A stretch of DNA of 52,557 nucleotides from positions 1 to 52,557 of the IMG/VR virus record IMGVR_UViG_3300037511_000266; one strand, 5' to 3'. The DNA is from a virus (Duplodnaviria; Caudoviricetes). This document shows positions 35,614 through 44,838 of the stretch, in pieces. The notes below the pieces were generated by a model. That model had not been told where the DNA came from. It made no database searches and saw nothing but the letters and a program-made list of their open reading frames with translations. The position numbers and the translations under genes are program-made. The stretch's first letter is position 1. Every line of letters begins with the position of its first letter.

Positions 35614-36357
35614 GTTTCACCGTTTCCTTCGGTGCGAAGCCACCAAACCCTGAGAGGAGTGCCGCTGCGTCTCTTTTAAGGTTGGTGCCTTTCACCTTCC
35701 GCAATTGCTTCAAGAGACTTTCTTGATAGTGCCGCAGGATCTTTGGCTGCTTGCCGCTAAACCCCGCTTCAATTGCGTGTACTGCTCCCGCTGCGATCGC
35801 GCCAGAAAATGTAATCGTATCGTACGTCCGATTCTCATACGCCGCATTGGTCAACGCTTTGACCACTGAGATCGGATACTCTTCCAGCAGTTGACGAAGC
35901 GAGTGCCCTCGACTGACAAGCAGTTCTAAGCTTGCGTCGAAGGACTGTCGATCGCCGTCGTCGTCTCCACCGCGCTGCTGGTCTTCGCGGCTAGCGTTCC
36001 GAAAAAACCGTTCAGGTGTTGCAGGTTCGCCTTCATGATCAAGAGCACCGCGACAAGGCCCTGCGTGTACGGCATCTTCTCGATAAACTTCTGATCGACG
36101 TTACAGGAAATAGTGATGATGGCCGGCGCATGCTCAATGAACGGAGCCAGGAACTCCATGACGCCTTGGCCAAGGCTCATCATGTTCGTCGAGGACAGCG
36201 TTTTCGCGAACTCGTCCCACGAAATATTCTTCGAAGCGTATTCTTTGGAGATGATCGTCATGACCCGGGAGAGTTTACTGAACTGAACGATGTTCCATTC
36301 CTTAATGACGAGCCCTTCGAACTCTACACTTTCAAGTAGTGACAACAGCCCTTCCAT
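35588..36357 (-). CDS. tail assembly chaperone, -1 frameshifted long form (gpGT-like)
   Basis: -1 shift at T TTT TTC gives open frame FFRNASRED...PISVVKALTNAA, joining ORF 35588-35866. Confidence 0.8.
35926..36357 (-). CDS. tail assembly chaperone (gpG-like)
   Basis: Between tail tube and TMP; GAGG RBS. Confidence 0.8.
   Translation of the reverse strand: MEGLLSLLESVEFEGLVIKEWNIVQFSKLSRVMTIISKEYASKNISWDEFAKTLSSTNMMSLGQGVMEFLAPFIEHAPAIITISCNVDQKFIEKMPYTQGLVAVLLIMKANLQHLNGFFGTLAAKTSSAVETTTAIDSPSTQA
36001..36007 (-). other. programmed -1 ribosomal frameshift site TTTTTTC
   Basis: GGT TTT TTC in chaperone frame; X XXY YYZ heptamer. Confidence 0.8.
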
Positions 36358-36396
36358 GGCGGATGAACCTCTTTAGTTTGGGAGATTAGGAGGAGA

Positions 36397-36437
36397 GGCA
36401 GGCTGTATACTTTTAGGTATACAGCCTGTCGTTTTTT
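36397..36437 (+). terminator. intrinsic terminator-like hairpin (U-tract on + strand)
   Basis: CAGGCTGTATAC-TTTTAG-GTATACAGCCTG then TCGTTTTTT. Confidence 0.6.
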
Positions 36438-36451
36438 GTCAACCTTTAAGT

Positions 36452-37624
36452 CTACTGCGTGTCGTACACCAGGATCCGACCGTACGGATAAGTCGGAGTA
36501 TTGTCCGTATCGTCCAGCACCACCAACTCAAACGGCACCTTCATGAACTCTTGGTCGTTCAATGAGAGGTTACCCTTGCTGTTGATCTGGCACTTGGGAA
36601 TTTCGATATCGAACGACAACCCACGACCGCTCTGCGGATGCACTTCCAACCGAGCAGAGCCTTCGACCGATCCGACCATCACGAAGTTGGTGATCTGCGC
36701 AGAGACCGTAGGATACGTGAAGCTCACCATGATCTCTTCGCCATCAACCAACGCACCACCCGAAACGCCACGCACACGCGCATCTGAATCCGCCGTGCCG
36801 AGGTCAATCGCGTAGTCCGTGTTCTCCACAAGCGCCCCACGACCGATGCTGTTCAGCGTAGCCGGGGTTGCAGGAGAAGCTGCCGTCTGCTCGATCTTGA
36901 CCCAATAAGCACTGACTCCATTGACCGTGGTCTTAGCCCAGTCAGTCGGAGCCGTCCAGGTCACGCTCGCATCAGCAGAAAGATCTGCCGTGCCTGAAGT
37001 GGACAGGGTGCTCCAAGTGGATCCGTTCCAGTACTTCCAAGTCACTGACGTATAGCCGCTGGAAGCGGTCTGCACATCAACGACCACTTTCTTGAAGATG
37101 CTGTTCTTCTTGCCGATATAAAGAATATCGTTGTCATCAGCAAGCGCAGCGAACGGCGTGCCAGCCGAGGTATCGGCTTCAACGCTGTTGTTGACATACG
37201 TGCTGCCGTTATACAGGTAGCAGTAGTCCAAGAACTGCCGAGCCGAGTACGAAGTGATCGGGCCTTTCTTGGTGAGCGACACGAAGCTGTAGCTCGTCCC
37301 AAGCTGGGCTTTGTGATCAACTACCGCAGTCGTGCCAGCGGACTGGTTCACAACATTGTCGCCCTTGAAGAAGAGCTTGAAGTTGTTGACTACCGGCTCA
37401 TCGAGCGCGAACTCAATCGAGATCGACTCCTGCAGCGCGATAACCTTGTCCTTCCGACGCAACCCGGGGCGATTCGTATAATGCTCCAGGTAGTTCGTGT
37501 CTCGTCCGATCGACACATCGACCATGTTGCCAAGGTCGACTTCGCCCGTCCCGTCGTTGAAAAACAACTTAATACCACCGGGAACGGTATAGTTGTCGGT
37601 ATCATGAATTTGCGGCATGGACAA
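36452..37624 (-). CDS. major tail (tube) protein with inserted domain
   Basis: DLGN...HY...EFALDE tube N-part; IEIPKC..GNLSL..EF C-part; AGGAGG RBS. Confidence 0.8.
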   Translation of the reverse strand: MSMPQIHDTDNYTVPGGIKLFFNDGTGEVDLGNMVDVSIGRDTNYLEHYTNRPGLRRKDKVIALQESISIEFALDEPVVNNFKLFFKGDNVVNQSAGTTAVVDHKAQLGTSYSFVSLTKKGPITSYSARQFLDYCYLYNGSTYVNNSVEADTSAGTPFAALADDNDILYIGKKNSIFKKVVVDVQTASSGYTSVTWKYWNGSTWSTLSTSGTADLSADASVTWTAPTDWAKTTVNGVSAYWVKIEQTAASPATPATLNSIGRGALVENTDYAIDLGTADSDARVRGVSGGALVDGEEIMVSFTYPTVSAQITNFVMVGSVEGSARLEVHPQSGRGLSFDIEIPKCQINSKGNLSLNDQEFMKVPFELVVLDDTDNTPTYPYGRILVYDTQ

Positions 37625-37629
37625 ACCTC

Positions 37630-38094
37630 CTATTGAAATGCGTTTCCGCGATCGTGCCTGTACTCCACGTCAAAGGTGGAGTTCAGGAGTCCTATAGAGT
37701 CATTTGATATGATTCTATCGTACGTAATTTCCACTACGTTTACAAGGCCATTTTTCGACAATCCGACGCTATTATGGAACATGCCATGCAGCTTGCCGGC
37801 GCAGTATTCCATGAACGCCTGAGCGTCTGTAAATTGGTTGTTTTCGCTGTCCTTCATGGTGATATTAAAGAAGATCTGAATCATCAGACGCATCTTGGCA
37901 ATCGCCACGCGGTTGCTGTAGGACCGTTCTTCTGGAGCAATTTCAAAGAGATAGGCAGCCGGTAGCTCGACGGCCATGAGGTCGTCAGGTACCCTAGCAA
38001 ACTTCCTTACGGTCTGAAGCTCAGGGATAACTACTGGTAAGACCTCGATCAGCTTATCAAGGACTCCCGCTCGTACAGTCACCGGATACGGCAT
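37630..38094 (-). CDS. tail terminator-like protein
   Basis: Position before tube; ELPAAYL; F.VEY.H. Confidence 0.65.
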   Translation of the reverse strand: MPYPVTVRAGVLDKLIEVLPVVIPELQTVRKFARVPDDLMAVELPAAYLFEIAPEERSYSNRVAIAKMRLMIQIFFNITMKDSENNQFTDAQAFMEYCAGKLHGMFHNSVGLSKNGLVNVVEITYDRIISNDSIGLLNSTFDVEYRHDRGNAFQ

Positions 38095-38696
38095 TACGAT
38101 AACCTCTTGTCAAGCTCGGCCTGAATGATTCCAGCCATGATCGCCTTGGCGCGTGGCTCAATGTCTCGTTGTACGTTGACTCTCGCCGGCACCGTCACCG
38201 AGTTGCGCATCAAGAACAACGGCTGCGTTTTCTGTCCCGGCAAGCGGCCCCACAGCACGCCGTTGTGGGTGAACTTCTTCGTAATCAGAGAACTCTTTGC
38301 CGGCAGGATAGGCCGTTTATCGCCACCAACCGGAGCCCCGGGAAACGGCACGGCAAGGGCCTGCGCTCGCTTCGGACGAATAATGGTACTGACCCTTCCG
38401 TCATCGGAGAAATGCACCGAGGCGTAGGGGACGTTGATTCCGATCGACGCTTTCACAGCCCCATCGCCATCGATGGTAGCCCGTCGCGCCACCGTCTTCG
38501 CCTCCATCTTGCCGGTATTTCGAGCAAGACGATTGGCGCTCGTATTCGCCCCGCCCATATATCGCTGGACAATCATGTCCCGAATTTCTCGAGTCGCTCG
38601 ATTCACCGCACGCAGTAAGGTCTGCGAATCGAGAAACGCTTCCGCTCGCTTAATGAGCCGATCCCAGCGAGCCGAGTATCGAACTTCATTGGCCAT
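38094..38696 (-). CDS. neck/tail completion protein (HK97 gp10-like)
   Basis: RNTGKM...NVPYASVH...IRPKRAQAL. Confidence 0.65.
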   Translation of the reverse strand: MANEVRYSARWDRLIKRAEAFLDSQTLLRAVNRATREIRDMIVQRYMGGANTSANRLARNTGKMEAKTVARRATIDGDGAVKASIGINVPYASVHFSDDGRVSTIIRPKRAQALAVPFPGAPVGGDKRPILPAKSSLITKKFTHNGVLWGRLPGQKTQPLFLMRNSVTVPARVNVQRDIEPRAKAIMAGIIQAELDKRLS

Positions 38697-39289
38697 TAAA
38701 TATTCCTGTACCGAATCTTCGTGATCACATCCAGCACGTCAGGCAACAACCATTTGTTGCTGATCTTGTGAATCGTGCCGTTACTGAGCGTCACATTATC
38801 GAGACCGATCGTCTTTCGGTTTTTGAACAAGTAGACGACTTGCTGTGTCGCCGCTTGCTGAATGAAATCGGGAATGTTACAACCTGAGTCATCCGCTGGA
38901 ACAAAGCCACCGACATACGTCACCTTCAGCATCTCATCGCCTCCGATGAAGACGCCAAACGTCGAATAGATCTTGTTCTTATAGTCAGATGGATCAACGA
39001 CGTACTCGCTCGTTGATAACGTGGTGCCGTTGGTAGCGAAGTCGTAATACGGCGCATAGACAATTGAGGTCACCGACACAATCGGAGGATTCTTCACCAG
39101 GATCCGAGGCGTACCGCCGTTGTGGATTTCAACAAACGTGGACTTAAATAGCTTCCGATTCGCGGCGGCTTCGAACCTTTGGGACACGCCGAGAATGAGT
39201 TCGTCGAGCAAGCCGTCGAATGAGTTTGTCCCCGCTATATCTTCGAGCAGCGTCTTGACTGCTTCTTTCGTCGTCAGAATATTCGCCAT
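38696..39289 (-). CDS. head-tail adaptor protein
   Basis: LTTKEAVK.LL..D.LL..LI..VS..FE...NR; VTYVGGF..IP..IQQA. Confidence 0.8.
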   Translation of the reverse strand: MANILTTKEAVKTLLEDIAGTNSFDGLLDELILGVSQRFEAAANRKLFKSTFVEIHNGGTPRILVKNPPIVSVTSIVYAPYYDFATNGTTLSTSEYVVDPSDYKNKIYSTFGVFIGGDEMLKVTYVGGFVPADDSGCNIPDFIQQAATQQVVYLFKNRKTIGLDNVTLSNGTIHKISNKWLLPDVLDVITKIRYRNI

Positions 39290-39358
39290 AGTAGTCGCAC
39301 TCCGTTAATTGCTCATCGAGGAGAGCCCCGATCCGAGACTTCCGCACATTAGCCATGA

Positions 39359-39619
39359 TTATTTCTTTGCGTCTGCTACGCCCTTCTTCAGTGCTGCCAT
39401 CAAGGACTCAGAGATGTTCTTGCTGTCAGTGCCGAAGATCATCGGAGACGCAACAACGACGCCACCTAAACCGGCGATCATTAAGTTCACATCACAGCCA
39501 AACAGAGCCAACGTACCTGCGACAGCCGCGCCCATCGTCGTACCGATCGCGGTCGAGACCTTGTTCACGACAATGCGGTCCCAAGCCCACTCCAGCAATT
39601 GCGATAAAACTGTATTCAT
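39359..39619 (-). CDS. putative holin
   Basis: 86 aa, two hydrophobic segments, basic C-terminus, AAAGGAG RBS, downstream of endolysin. Confidence 0.55.
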   Translation of the reverse strand: MNTVLSQLLEWAWDRIVVNKVSTAIGTTMGAAVAGTLALFGCDVNLMIAGLGGVVVASPMIFGTDSKNISESLMAALKKGVADAKK

Positions 39620-39632
39620 GTTTGCGTCTCCT

Positions 39633-39770
39633 TTAAAATTTGAACCCTATACCAGGGGTAATCTGGTTGTAGTTAGGGTCTGATTGTTTCGGTTCCACAA
39701 TTGAAGGGGCTTTGCCGATCAAGACAAAGTGATCCTTCAATAACTTCCACACCCGTTTAAGTATTCGCAT
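39633..39770 (-). CDS. 45-aa cationic amphipathic peptide in lysis cassette
   Basis: MRILKRVWKLLKDHF...TPGIGFKF; fills gap between endolysin and holin. Confidence 0.5.
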   Translation of the reverse strand: MRILKRVWKLLKDHFVLIGKAPSIVEPKQSDPNYNQITPGIGFKF

Positions 39771-40188
39771 AAATCCAGATGCGCTCTTCATAGGTCGGCA
39801 GTTGGCGCTCCACATCAAAATGGAGGAAGGTCTTGGCGAGTCCCACTCGCATCCCCGCGAGTAGCGTCGTGCAGACAGCTTTCGCCTTCTGGTCACCAGT
39901 CCATCCAATCGTTGAAATGTCAGCCGCTCGTGACTTTCCGACCCATATCTTTGAGCACGTTGCTGGATCTCCTGCTAAATGCGTTGAGTTAGGCCTCCCA
40001 CCGACTTCCGCGTTATGCTTCGCACATCGCGCTGCTGACGTGATCTTCAGCGGTATCCCCATTTGCACACGAAGAATTTCCAGCTTATGTACCAAGTCCT
40101 CAGCAATATCCTCGGGCTTGGATCCAAAGCCGCAGCCGCACTTACACGTAAACTCAGCAATGTCGAAATGGGGATAGTTGAACAACAT
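39757..40188 (-). CDS. endolysin, peptidase M15A family
   Basis: EFTCKCGCG, ITSAARC..HN..VGG..NSTHL.G, AADI, LHFDV. Confidence 0.88.
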   Translation of the reverse strand: MLFNYPHFDIAEFTCKCGCGFGSKPEDIAEDLVHKLEILRVQMGIPLKITSAARCAKHNAEVGGRPNSTHLAGDPATCSKIWVGKSRAADISTIGWTGDQKAKAVCTTLLAGMRVGLAKTFLHFDVERQLPTYEERIWIYANT

Positions 40189-40353
40189 TTACTTCACCGC
40201 GCACGAGCCCGAGCACTTCGTCTCATCCCAATATTCAATATAGTGATGGCACCACTGATAGCCGTCCCGAGACGGCAGACAGTCTTTCGAATGGACGTAT
40301 CCTGCACAACCAGACAGCACCGCGTACAATGCGAGCAAGAGAGCTAGTTTCAT
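40189..40353 (-). CDS. small Cys-rich lipoprotein (o-spanin-like candidate)
   Basis: MKLALLLALYAVLSG-C lipobox; GGAG RBS. Confidence 0.65.
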   Translation of the reverse strand: MKLALLLALYAVLSGCAGYVHSKDCLPSRDGYQWCHHYIEYWDETKCSGSCAVK

Positions 40354-40673
40354 GAGAGTTTCTCCAAGACGGACCATTCTTTGATCTGCAGTTCGCTGAC
40401 AATCTTCCCGTCAGAGACCCGAGTCACCTGCACCTGCGTCTCCGTCTTGCCGGCCACGAGTTCCGAGGCATCAAAGACGTATTCCGCCATCCCATCATTG
40501 GCTCCGGTCAGGTTGGTCATGTTCCGTAAATTGATCGTCCCGTCCTGGGCCTTCACTACGATCGCTGCGTTGTACACGCCATCGAACGGAACGAGCTTCT
40601 TTCCGGTCGACTTATCGATAATGACGACACGAATTTTCGCACCGGTATCACCGGCTACAAAGTCATATGGCAT
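40350..40673 (-). CDS. BppU N-terminal-like beta-sandwich virion protein
   Basis: GDTG..IRVVIID...G.AEYVF...L..G....QVQV. Confidence 0.6.
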   Translation of the reverse strand: MPYDFVAGDTGAKIRVVIIDKSTGKKLVPFDGVYNAAIVVKAQDGTINLRNMTNLTGANDGMAEYVFDASELVAGKTETQVQVTRVSDGKIVSELQIKEWSVLEKLS

Positions 40674-40695
40674 AGTACACCCAGACTAGCATAAA

Positions 40696-42912
40696 TTACC
40701 TAGGGTCAGCTACTAAGATTTCGTCTTGTTTCCACGCAGTTAGTGCATCGTGTTGCGTGGTGGGTGCGACGACGGCATGTTCCTCCGTCGTAAAGGCGAT
40801 CCGCACGTCAGGATCTTTCGTGAGTACCGGTACGGGGGCTTGATGCGATGTCTCGAAGGCCACCCGTGCATCATGCGTCTGTACCAATCGTCCGAAGAGT
40901 TGCTGCTTGAGTGTCACGATCGGCGCTGACAAGACCAGCGTGTTAGGTGATACGAGCAGCACATAGTCGACCGTAGCGAAGAGGTCGGCTGCCGGGGCGG
41001 TAATTGTGATGACATTGCTCAGGACGGGGATCTCAAGATCCATCACCGCCTGAGGCGCGAAGAGAGTAATGACTGCCGCGCTCGCATGGACAGTGACACT
41101 CGTAGACACTGTCGCTGTCCCCGCTGACAGACTAATCGTATTACTTCCCGCTGCCAGGGAGATTGAAGGTATGGCTGTCGCCGTAGGAGCCGAAAGCGTA
41201 AGGGTGTTCGATTGTGCCGGGATCTCTAAATGAACAGTCGGAGCCGGCGCAGTAATCGTGATGACGTTGATGCCTGCGAGCAGAGCACCGCTGCCGGCTG
41301 AGATAATGTCCGCGTCAGGAGCAGTCAACGTGATGACATTGGCACTCGCCACAAGTGTTTTAGCCGGCACAATTATCGCGCTAGGAGCCGAGAGCGTGAT
41401 TGTATTCGTGCTAGCCGCGAGGGTAACCGCTACTGACTGACTCTGAGCCGGGGCTGAGAGGGTAATGACGTTCGATCCAGCCGCGAGCGTGACAGAACCA
41501 ACCACAAGAGTCGCAGCAGGAGCCGACAGTGTAATTGTGTTGGATCCAGCCGCAAGGAATGCCTCGGCAAGCTGACTCTGAGCCGGGGCTGATAGTGTAA
41601 TGAGGTTAGTGGTAACCGGGAAAGTCAGATTAACAGCCGGGACGGACGGTGCCGACAGTGTAATGGTATTCGTACCAGCCGATAGAGTGATTTCGACGAG
41701 TTGGCTTTGAGCCGGGGCTGATACCGTAATCGTGTTTGTGCCAGCAGCTAATGTAACGGCTCCGACCACAACGGCAGCAGCGGGAGCCGAGACTGTAATA
41801 GTGTTCGATCCAGCAGCAAGGGTCGTCTCGGCTAGCTGACTTTGCGCCGGGGCTGAAAGTGTGATGGTGCTAGCACCAGCCGCTAACGTAACAGCGGCAA
41901 GCTGAGACTGAGCCGGGGCCGAAAGGGTAATGACGTTTGCGCTAGCCGCTAGCGTGATCTCAGCAAGCTGACTTTGAGCCGGCGCGGAAAGAGTAATGAC
42001 ATTCGTGCTGACCGGGAACGTTAGATTAACTGCCGCGCTCGGTGCTGACAACGTAATGGTATTGCTACTAGCCGCCAATGTGACAGCCGTAGCAACCGCA
42101 GCGGTCGGCGCTGTGAGAGTAATAGTCGTATCGAGGACTAACGTCTGAGCAGAGAAGTTATCAAGACCTTCAAAAGAAGCGTCACCGCTCAGAACACCAG
42201 CGTAGCCTGGCCCACTAACCTGGGTGTCCGTCGTTTCAAGGACTTTGATCCAGTCACTCGTGCCGTCGTAACGAATCAGACCCGTGATCGTTGAGCCTTT
42301 GCATTGAATAGCGATCCAGTCGCCAGTAGCTAATTGCCTCGGTATATTCGTGCTGACAAGACCGCTAAAAGCCCCGTTAACAGAAAGAGCCAATCCTGCG
42401 TCGAGCGTACTGATAACCGGGACAACGGCGAACTGATAGAGATTCGGCGTGAAGGTGTTGGGATTCTGAATACGTGCATGCACACCGAACGTACCATTGG
42501 CGTCACCAACAATCTGTGCGGCAACAAAGACGTCCGCTCCAAACTGCTGTGCTGTGTAATACGAGCCGGCGTAGTTATTACCACCCGTCTTCGCATTGAT
42601 CAGTTGGTTACTGAGAATCTTATGTTGCGCCGGCCAACCAATGACTGGGTAGGTATCATTCCAGTTGGTCGGCTGAGGGCCTTCGTCAGCGCGATTAAAG
42701 TCGTCGACCAAGGCGGGAAGGGAGGCGTCGTTATCGACACCAGGCTCTAAAGTAACATTGCCGGGGACAATCGTCGCGTCGGGAACCTGAAGATAAATGA
42801 CGCAGGCATCAGCAACGAGCGTAACGTCGCCAAGCGAATAGTTACGATCGTCATTTGTACCGTCGAGATTTACGGCATTGTTTTTGACGTCGTTGAGTAG
42901 TAGGTCGGCCAT
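40696..42912 (-). CDS. fibre protein: lectin-like domain plus ~19 tandem ~21-aa repeats
   Basis: DDFNRAD...LDNFSA domain; repeats TLAAGSNTITLSAPAQSQLAE. Confidence 0.8.
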   Translation of the reverse strand: MADLLLNDVKNNAVNLDGTNDDRNYSLGDVTLVADACVIYLQVPDATIVPGNVTLEPGVDNDASLPALVDDFNRADEGPQPTNWNDTYPVIGWPAQHKILSNQLINAKTGGNNYAGSYYTAQQFGADVFVAAQIVGDANGTFGVHARIQNPNTFTPNLYQFAVVPVISTLDAGLALSVNGAFSGLVSTNIPRQLATGDWIAIQCKGSTITGLIRYDGTSDWIKVLETTDTQVSGPGYAGVLSGDASFEGLDNFSAQTLVLDTTITLTAPTAAVATAVTLAASSNTITLSAPSAAVNLTFPVSTNVITLSAPAQSQLAEITLAASANVITLSAPAQSQLAAVTLAAGASTITLSAPAQSQLAETTLAAGSNTITVSAPAAAVVVGAVTLAAGTNTITVSAPAQSQLVEITLSAGTNTITLSAPSVPAVNLTFPVTTNLITLSAPAQSQLAEAFLAAGSNTITLSAPAATLVVGSVTLAAGSNVITLSAPAQSQSVAVTLAASTNTITLSAPSAIIVPAKTLVASANVITLTAPDADIISAGSGALLAGINVITITAPAPTVHLEIPAQSNTLTLSAPTATAIPSISLAAGSNTISLSAGTATVSTSVTVHASAAVITLFAPQAVMDLEIPVLSNVITITAPAADLFATVDYVLLVSPNTLVLSAPIVTLKQQLFGRLVQTHDARVAFETSHQAPVPVLTKDPDVRIAFTTEEHAVVAPTTQHDALTAWKQDEILVADPR
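40905..42135 (-). repeat. degenerate in-frame tandem repeat (~60-72 nt units)
   Basis: 19 copies of [IL]T[LIV][ST]AP-like core counted by eye; recurring GCCGGGGCT on + strand. Confidence 0.85.
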
Positions 42913-43257
42913 TTAGACCCCCACTAAGTTATTTGCGGATACGCCTCCAACGTCAGGTGTGCCATCTTTATAAGTCACGACCCAATAGATGTAGCTAGGA
43001 GAGACATAGAAGCGATAGATGCCGTTCGCATCCGAGGTTGTGCACCCCGTGATCATTGGCATGCCGCCGAGTATATTGAAGAGGTAAATCATGCACGCGC
43101 CGAGGACGTTTCCTGACGAGTCTCGCGTGATACCCGCGATAATAAAATCTTGGTCCGCGAGTGTCGGAGAAGGCGGGGGAAGCGAACGGACTGCCGGCAT
43201 TGTTTTCACAACGTTCGGCACTCCGTTCTGTGCTTGTAGTGCGCTAAAGGGAGGCAC
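42913..43257 (-). CDS. small beta-sandwich (carboxypeptidase regulatory-like) virion protein
   Basis: IAGITRDSSGNVLG...TTSDANGIYRF. Confidence 0.6.
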   Translation of the reverse strand: MPPFSALQAQNGVPNVVKTMPAVRSLPPPSPTLADQDFIIAGITRDSSGNVLGACMIYLFNILGGMPMITGCTTSDANGIYRFYVSPSYIYWVVTYKDGTPDVGGVSANNLVGV

Positions 43258-43272
43258 TTGGAGCGCCTCCTC

Positions 43273-43809
43273 TTAGTTCCGAGAGAAAATATAGACGATT
43301 CTAGGTGTGATCGAGTTTGTCGTACTCGCTGTCTTTTGGATCTGGATCGCACCGTTGACTGATGTATCGACACCGGTAGCCGCCGTTCCACCGAACGTAA
43401 AGACGTTGGGGTTGGCTGTACCAGAGGACACACCACCACCGAAGGCCCAAATACCAGAGCCAGTCATTGATGTGACTGAAGCCGCTGCACCGGTTACTGC
43501 CTGAATCAAGAGATCGAACATGAGGTAGAAACCGCAGGCCGCGATTGTCACCGTACCCTGCGTCAACGACACACCGAGGGCGACTGAGCCCGTGGTGTAG
43601 GTCGGAGTGACGATCATCGTGCCGCCTGTCAGTGAGCCAGTGCCTCCTGCGCGGACGCAATAAATTTTGCCGGCTTTGGGGTCGTTCGCATAGATCGGAG
43701 TCCACGTCGCCGCTGTCCAGAGGGCTTCGATACTGGTAGACGACAGTGCCGTCGCAAGGCCTACCGGGGGATCAATGAAGGGGCCGTCATGAAATAGTTG
43801 CTTTGCCAT
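43273..43809 (-). CDS. virion structural protein
   Basis: T/G/S-rich beta protein in head module. Confidence 0.65.
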   Translation of the reverse strand: MAKQLFHDGPFIDPPVGLATALSSTSIEALWTAATWTPIYANDPKAGKIYCVRAGGTGSLTGGTMIVTPTYTTGSVALGVSLTQGTVTIAACGFYLMFDLLIQAVTGAAASVTSMTGSGIWAFGGGVSSGTANPNVFTFGGTAATGVDTSVNGAIQIQKTASTTNSITPRIVYIFSRN

Positions 43810-43810
43810 G

Positions 43811-44095
43811 TTATTTCTCTCCCTCGACAGTTTGCGCGTGTAGCATTAACCGTCGATCGACTTCCGTTGTGACCATCTGCAATAACTGATGAACCTTAAT
43901 TAACTCTTGAAAATTGGCCTCTACTCCATCAACGGCCATCCCCACATCTCCGTTCCTCAACTGGAACAGGCCGATGACTATCGCGCAATCTGAGTCATGC
44001 ACTCCCGCGATTTTAATGCGCCGTTTCGAGGCAACCGTTGGATGTTCAACATATGCTGGATTGACCACCAGCCCGGTATGCGCCTTCACACTCAT
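43811..44095 (-). CDS. hypothetical protein
   Basis: Operon packing. Confidence 0.6.
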   Translation of the reverse strand: MSVKAHTGLVVNPAYVEHPTVASKRRIKIAGVHDSDCAIVIGLFQLRNGDVGMAVDGVEANFQELIKVHQLLQMVTTEVDRRLMLHAQTVEGEK

Positions 44096-44322
44096 GCTAA
44101 CTGCCCCGGGATAGAAGGCTTCTCACTCGGCTCTTGCGTCAACGTGTTCAGTAATTGAGTGACCATGTTACGTAGCTCGTCCTTTGATCGTGACCAGATG
44201 GTAACCGTCTGGTCTGTGTTCATGTGTAAGCGTAAACCGAAGAAGGGACCGTCTGGTTTTGTTCGCTGCACCATCTCAGAGCGTATGGTAGCCGTCTCGC
44301 AACTATAGATATGCAGCGTCAC
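44092..44322 (-). CDS. hypothetical protein
   Basis: GTG 44322 after GGAG; distal part of ORF 44092-44442. Confidence 0.5.
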   Translation of the reverse strand: MTLHIYSCETATIRSEMVQRTKPDGPFFGLRLHMNTDQTVTIWSRSKDELRNMVTQLLNTLTQEPSEKPSIPGQLA

Positions 44323-44339
44323 GAAAACCCAACTCCAAA

Positions 44340-44786
44340 TTACGCGAGTTTCAGAACTGCTCCACTGGCCGCTGCCGCCCACTGAACCGTGATGTTGCCA
44401 CCGTTCGTCGGAGTGTCCGTCAAATCGTAGAAGGCAATACACGGGTTCGCGCTATCAGCACCGCCAGCATCTCTGTAGAGCACTGCTCCACCAACCGTCT
44501 GACCGGAGGCTAGTGCGGAGAACACAGTGTCGTCCGCATCGAGATAGGCGAAGTCGTTCGTGTTGTCTTGTGTTACGACTTTCGTGGTGAGTGTCTGCCG
44601 GGAATACCCAGAGACGGAGATCTCATGATCGATCGGATCGTTCGCCCCACCGTTGTCGACGAAGTCATGATCAGGATCGAACGTGTAGGTTGACTTGACA
44701 AGCATGACTTTCAGCGTCGAGCCGTCGAGATCGATCGTATTCTTCGCAATTTCAGCTTTCGCTTTGTTATAGACACCGTTCGCCAT
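44340..44786 (-). CDS. 148-aa fibre-subunit-type structural protein
   Basis: LKVML...EIS.SGY.RQTL...DADD..F..L...GAVLY...D...TNGGNITVQW pattern; GAGGAG RBS. Confidence 0.75.
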   Translation of the reverse strand: MANGVYNKAKAEIAKNTIDLDGSTLKVMLVKSTYTFDPDHDFVDNGGANDPIDHEISVSGYSRQTLTTKVVTQDNTNDFAYLDADDTVFSALASGQTVGGAVLYRDAGGADSANPCIAFYDLTDTPTNGGNITVQWAAAASGAVLKLA

Positions 44787-44812
44787 GAGAATTTACTCCT
44801 CTAGATATGGAG

Positions 44813-44832
44813 GGCTGGGCCGAAGCCCAGCC
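44813..44832 (-). terminator. stable C(UUCG)G hairpin after second decoration gene
   Basis: GGCTGGGC-TTCG-GCCCAGCC; no U-tract. Confidence 0.55.
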
Positions 44833-44838
44833 TTACTG

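Noticed and set aside
39144-39356. 70-aa ORF between holin and adaptor
   Set aside because: Mostly overlaps the adaptor gene out of frame and has no motif; cannot be supported
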